A stretch of DNA of 10,739 bases from NCBI GenBank assembly GCA_039810425.1, contig JBDHWW010000077.1:1-10739 (forward strand), given 5' to 3'. Shown here piece after piece: positions 7,231 through 10,739 of the stretch; position 1 is the first letter of the stretch; each line of letters opens with the position of its first letter. The stretch is from Pseudobdellovibrionaceae bacterium. Its GTDB lineage: Bacteria > Bdellovibrionota > Bdellovibrionia > Bdellovibrionales > Bdellovibrionaceae. The position numbers and the translations under genes are program-made. The notes under the pieces were generated by a model. The model worked only from the letters and a program-made list of their open reading frames with translations, was not told the DNA's origin and did no database searches.

Positions 7231-8088
7231 TTAAACTGGGTCGGTACCGAGGCTACGTTCTTCTTGTACCAGCTCAAAAAGCTCCTGTAGTGCAGGTTCA
7301 AGTGCGTCATAGCTATCGCCATATTCTAATACGTTAAAACCATATGCTTTTTTAAACATCTCTTTTTCTATAAAATTGTAAGAACCGTTTGTGCTCAGAA
7401 CATAGTGAGGAACCGTATTTTTTGAAATATTCTTAACTTCCTCTAGTATAAGAAGCACGTCAGGGTCATCCATTTTGCAACCTAAAAAAACAATGGTGTT
7501 GGTGAGGAACAGCGCTTTTAGAACTTCATAAAAATTCGGGTGATCACGCTTAGCCTCGTGGTATCCCGACATCGTAAAGATCATTTTATTCACTTCGTCT
7601 ATTGAACCGTGCGCTTTTAGTATGAGTCGGTTGTCAGATCTTATCTCCGTGACTAGATCTCCTGAATAATAGGTAATCACCTTATAGCCAGGATTATTGC
7701 CATGAGCACAGTATCGTTCGTAGATCTTGTCGAAATTAGTGGTAATCACTATTCTGGAATCAAGCTTAAGTATGGTTTCATGAATTTTGCTTGGGATATA
7801 TGCTTGCGTAAGATATTCTTCATCCAAGAAGCTTTTATACTCAGTCTCATCAGCATTCTTTTTAATCAGTTCCAATGCCAAAAGTAACTTATTTTCGTTG
7901 ACGTATTTAGCAACAAGATTTCTATCTTCGTTCGAAGCGAGAAGTTGTTTAGCTTCGAGGATAAATGACTTCCAGGTCTTTGGGGTTCTGCCTTCTGTGG
8001 TTTTAGATGTAGCTGAAACCCCGGATCCAAGAAAGAAAATTACACGTCGTGTGGAAATTTGTCTGATTAGACTCTTTGGCCAATCCAC
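7231..8088 (-). CDS. SIR2-like domain protein (SIR2_2 type, putative NADase defence effector), 285 aa
   Basis: Sirtuin motifs IFFLGSGVS, IVITTNFD, ILKAHGS and IVFLGCKMDDPD. Lacks the Zn-finger Cys pairs of CobB deacylases. The GTG start is 1 nt after the upstream stop (TAA-C-GTG). Confidence 0.9.
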   Translation of the reverse strand: MDWPKSLIRQISTRRVIFFLGSGVSATSKTTEGRTPKTWKSFILEAKQLLASNEDRNLVAKYVNENKLLLALELIKKNADETEYKSFLDEEYLTQAYIPSKIHETILKLDSRIVITTNFDKIYERYCAHGNNPGYKVITYYSGDLVTEIRSDNRLILKAHGSIDEVNKMIFTMSGYHEAKRDHPNFYEVLKALFLTNTIVFLGCKMDDPDVLLILEEVKNISKNTVPHYVLSTNGSYNFIEKEMFKKAYGFNVLEYGDSYDALEPALQELFELVQEERSLGTDPV

Positions 8089-8089
8089 G

Positions 8090-9118
8090 TTATTTACCTA
8101 AATTGGTTAGCAATTTGAGAGTTAATTCCTTCAGTAAGTCATCATACTCGTCAATTTGACGATTCATGCTGCCAACGACTCCTTCCGTGCCCTTGAGCTT
8201 GTGAATTGGACAGTTATTCGATTGCGCTCTTGGGATTAGACTATAAACATAAGGGATATGGCCCAATTCTAAATCATCCGTATTTATATTTGGAGATATG
8301 AAATCCTTCATATATGCATTAACTGTTTGAGGAATCTCTTGCATGATTTCTTCATAAGCCTTAACGGGTCGCTTTCCTGCTTTGAATTTTCTAGTTACAT
8401 ACTGCTGAATAGAATAGCCAACGATTCTAAACTTTTTATTTGTATCCAGAACAATTTCGCCAGCATATTTGGAGAAGATAGAGGAATTTTCAGACTCCGC
8501 GTTTGCTTTGCGCTGCTGATAAAGCTTCTGCCATCGCAATATCCATTCGGAGATATTTTTAATCCCCAAAATACTGAATATATCACAACCCAATGGCGAA
8601 ACGATATTATCACTGCCTAGTAAAATAGTTCTATTTAGGGCTCCCAGGGAAGGGCCAACATCAAGGAAAATATAGTCGTACTGTGATCCATATAAGGTTA
8701 ATACTTGCGAGAGCCAGTTGGTTTGGCGGAACCCACCGATTCCAGCTCTTGAGAGATCTGCCCAGGCTTGACTGAGAACATCTTCAATTAGGGAGAGCTT
8801 TGGGTGTCCAGGTATTAGATCAATTTCAAAATTATTTTCGGTAGCTTTCACTGGGACAATAGTTTTGGATATAGTTGATTCTCCGACTAGGAAAGGATCA
8901 AAAATATCTAGCAAAGTCTGAAACTTTGGTGTTTTAGAAAAGTAAAGATCTTGAACTATGTCATCTGGTAAAATTGATTGAGTTGCATTACATTGTGGAT
9001 CTGCATCAATCAATAGAACTTTTTTTTTATGTGTTGTTGAAAGATAGGATGCAATGTTGCAACAAAGAGTGGTCTTTCCAACACCTCCCTTGTTATTAAA
9101 AAACACTATCGATTTCAT
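8090..9118 (-). CDS. ParA/Soj-like (AAA_31/CbiA family) ATPase, 342 aa
   Basis: Deviant Walker A FFNNKGGVGKTT, A' motif LLIDADPQCNAT, and Walker B region YIFLDVGPSLGALNR. SD AGGGGGA. No parB nearby. Confidence 0.9.
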   Translation of the reverse strand: MKSIVFFNNKGGVGKTTLCCNIASYLSTTHKKKVLLIDADPQCNATQSILPDDIVQDLYFSKTPKFQTLLDIFDPFLVGESTISKTIVPVKATENNFEIDLIPGHPKLSLIEDVLSQAWADLSRAGIGGFRQTNWLSQVLTLYGSQYDYIFLDVGPSLGALNRTILLGSDNIVSPLGCDIFSILGIKNISEWILRWQKLYQQRKANAESENSSIFSKYAGEIVLDTNKKFRIVGYSIQQYVTRKFKAGKRPVKAYEEIMQEIPQTVNAYMKDFISPNINTDDLELGHIPYVYSLIPRAQSNNCPIHKLKGTEGVVGSMNRQIDEYDDLLKELTLKLLTNLGK

Positions 9119-9228
9119 TCAAGTTCCCCCTAGGAACAGCTCCACCGGTAAGAAATATATTCGGTTTAGTTTACAAGTGTTCACGGAGTTTCTCATTTAA
9201 GCAAGTTCCCACTGGAAGGAGAACCTGC

Positions 9229-10374
9229 TTATAGATCAAGGTCGGGAAGACGTTTTGCTTTTGAATTTAGCACTCTTTCAATCTGTGCTTTCTCAATGCG
9301 ATAGTTATCAACAGGTAATCCACTCTTGATACGCAGTTCGATCGCGCGATCAGTGAAAAGCGTATTGATGTTCTTGCGATATTTGGCAAGCAGCTCGCGT
9401 TCCATTTCAATCTCTTGGAAGCGGTTGAAGATTGGAGCGCACTCGCCAAGCTCAGTACCAACCCAACGACGCCCCTTCATTTCGGCCACAATGTAAGTTG
9501 TCCCAGAGCCGCCAAATGGATCGAAGACTAGGTCGCCCTCCCGGGTCGCAATATCCAAAACCCGGTCCAGTAAACGAATGCTGAGCTCATTAGCATCTCT
9601 ATTTTTGTACTTGGAGTGACGAACTGGTGGGATATCAGTCCAAACGTCGCGCAGGTTAAGACCTTCGGGATTCATTTTACTTTTATATCCACCATAGTCA
9701 TTCTGTTCCTGCCCGCATCGTACACACGTTTTTATGGGTGTTCTCGGCGGTGCAAAGTGATTAGGTCTGTCACCCTTTATGAAGTACAAAAGGCTGTAGT
9801 GTGAAGGGTATAGCTTGTTGGGAATTGGCATAGATGCAGTAATATCTACGGCAATCCAATTCTTAAACGTTAGCTGGCTATTTAGATAGTCAGCGATGTA
9901 GATCGACCACTTCGGAATGTTGTAAACAAAGATTGACCCACCGGGCTTTAATTTTTTAATGCACAGATCAAGCCACTGACGAGTCCATTCGATATAGTAC
10001 TCGTCTGGAACGTCATCAGACTTTGACCCCTCATAAGTTTTACGTAGATTGAATGGAGGATCCGCGAAGATGCAATCAAAAGTATCATCAGGGGTTGACT
10101 TCAAATAGGCCACGCAGTCACCTTGATAGAGCTTACCAAGCTTAGTCTCGAACTTTAGTAGTGGCTTTTTGTCGTTTGAGTGAATCTCATTGCGTAGAGC
10201 TTGGATATTGGCAATCTCTTTAACAAGATCCTCAGATGGAGATAGAAGCTGATTCAGAACTTCATCAGGAAGCTTTGAAAGATAGGATCTTAATCCTACG
10301 GACTTACCTGTTTTTTTAGGGGTGCGGCCAGTGCGGCTTTCCCAATTTTTTGCTTTTCCAGCCTTTATAGACAT
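9229..10374 (-). CDS. Site-specific DNA methyltransferase, beta class N4C/N6A, M.BamHI-like
   Basis: Motif IV DPPF precedes motif I FDPFGGSGTT (beta order). The segments YNIPKW, LYPSHYSLLY, CxxC..DYGGYKSKMNP and PVRHSKYKNR..NELS are characteristic of M.BamHI-like enzymes as recalled. SD GAGG. Confidence 0.9.
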   Translation of the reverse strand: MSIKAGKAKNWESRTGRTPKKTGKSVGLRSYLSKLPDEVLNQLLSPSEDLVKEIANIQALRNEIHSNDKKPLLKFETKLGKLYQGDCVAYLKSTPDDTFDCIFADPPFNLRKTYEGSKSDDVPDEYYIEWTRQWLDLCIKKLKPGGSIFVYNIPKWSIYIADYLNSQLTFKNWIAVDITASMPIPNKLYPSHYSLLYFIKGDRPNHFAPPRTPIKTCVRCGQEQNDYGGYKSKMNPEGLNLRDVWTDIPPVRHSKYKNRDANELSIRLLDRVLDIATREGDLVFDPFGGSGTTYIVAEMKGRRWVGTELGECAPIFNRFQEIEMERELLAKYRKNINTLFTDRAIELRIKSGLPVDNYRIEKAQIERVLNSKAKRLPDLDL

Positions 10375-10467
10375 GGGACCTCGACTTTCTGATTGATTAA
10401 CATTTAGGTTCGGATGAAGTCATCTATTTATGTTGCTAAAGTACGTGCAAATTCTGATCCTTTTAAT

Positions 10468-10680
10468 ATGAAAATAGTAAGTAAATACTGGGTATTAGGT
10501 ACAGAATCCGGCCACTATAAAAACGCTTTGTCCGAGATTGACAACGCTATCGAAAAGACACGCATCGTCATTCAGCCTACAAAAAAGGCAAATGGGGTAA
10601 AGCCAATTAAGGTCGGCGTCATCGAACAGCTCAAAAAATCTGGGTGGTCCGACGAACATCCTATTGAACTGTTTTTTTAG
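10468..10680 (+). pseudogene. Truncated BamHI-family type II restriction endonuclease (N-terminal 70 aa)
   Basis: IQPTKKANGVKPIK...GWSDEHPIE parallels BamHI INNTEKNCNGVVPIK...NWYREKPLD. It is divergent from the MTase, as in the BamHI locus. It stops before the catalytic region, and all three frames close by 10726. Confidence 0.75.
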
Positions 10681-10739
10681 GAGTGAGACGAATCTGATTT
10701 TTTTGGTTCGTCAGTTTGATTGTTAAACTTTTATACAGT

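Larger units (their letters stand above)
5828..10739. mobile_element. Putative horizontally acquired defence/resistance island (boundaries approximate, no integrase in the window)
   Basis: Shift to AT-richer sequence starting where ftsH is broken. Cargo is RM genes, SIR2, a ParA-like ATPase and an MccF-like gene. Confidence 0.5.

Noticed and set aside
8090..9118. Plasmid or chromosome partitioning locus (parABS)
   Set aside because: There is no parB, rep gene or parS/iteron array in the window. The ATPase is coupled to SIR2 instead.
2323..10063. Avoidance of GGATCC sites
   Set aside because: At least three sites are seen (2323, 8023, 10058), so there is no sign of depletion. The window is also too short to test this.
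10375..10467. C-box operator for an RM controller protein
   Set aside because: GACTT and AAGTC are present but about 30 nt apart, which is not the GACT-N3-AGTC spacing, and no C gene is present.
10672..10678. Phase variation of the endonuclease via the T7 tract
   Set aside because: Neither the +1 nor the -1 frame restores BamHI-like sequence, and both stop within 16 codons.
1..10739. CRISPR array, tRNA/rRNA, integrase or transposase, integron attC sites
   Set aside because: No regularly spaced repeats, cloverleaf, recombinase motifs or convincing attC core pairs were seen.

Overview
Two-part bacterial window. The gene style suggests Bdellovibrionota or a similar lineage, but that is inference only. 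The left part (1 to about 5820, roughly 50% GC by eye) holds two secreted proteins (one a 7-repeat NxxGxxAF beta-propeller), an oleate hydratase, cvfB, an internally deleted thioredoxin-like pseudogene, an RGG-tailed hypothetical protein and an orphan 3' fragment of ftsH. The right part (about 5820 to 10739, visibly more AT-rich) looks like an acquired defence/resistance island. It holds an MccF-like S66 peptidase, a hairpin-rich intergenic region, and a minus-strand run of M.BamHI-like DNA methyltransferase, ParA-like ATPase and SIR2-domain protein, with a divergent, truncated BamHI-family endonuclease at the edge. The best candidate for an uncharacterised system is the translationally coupled ParA-like ATPase plus SIR2 (putative NADase) pair embedded in a BamHI-like restriction-modification locus. 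All family calls come from motif recognition and recalled sequences, not database searches.
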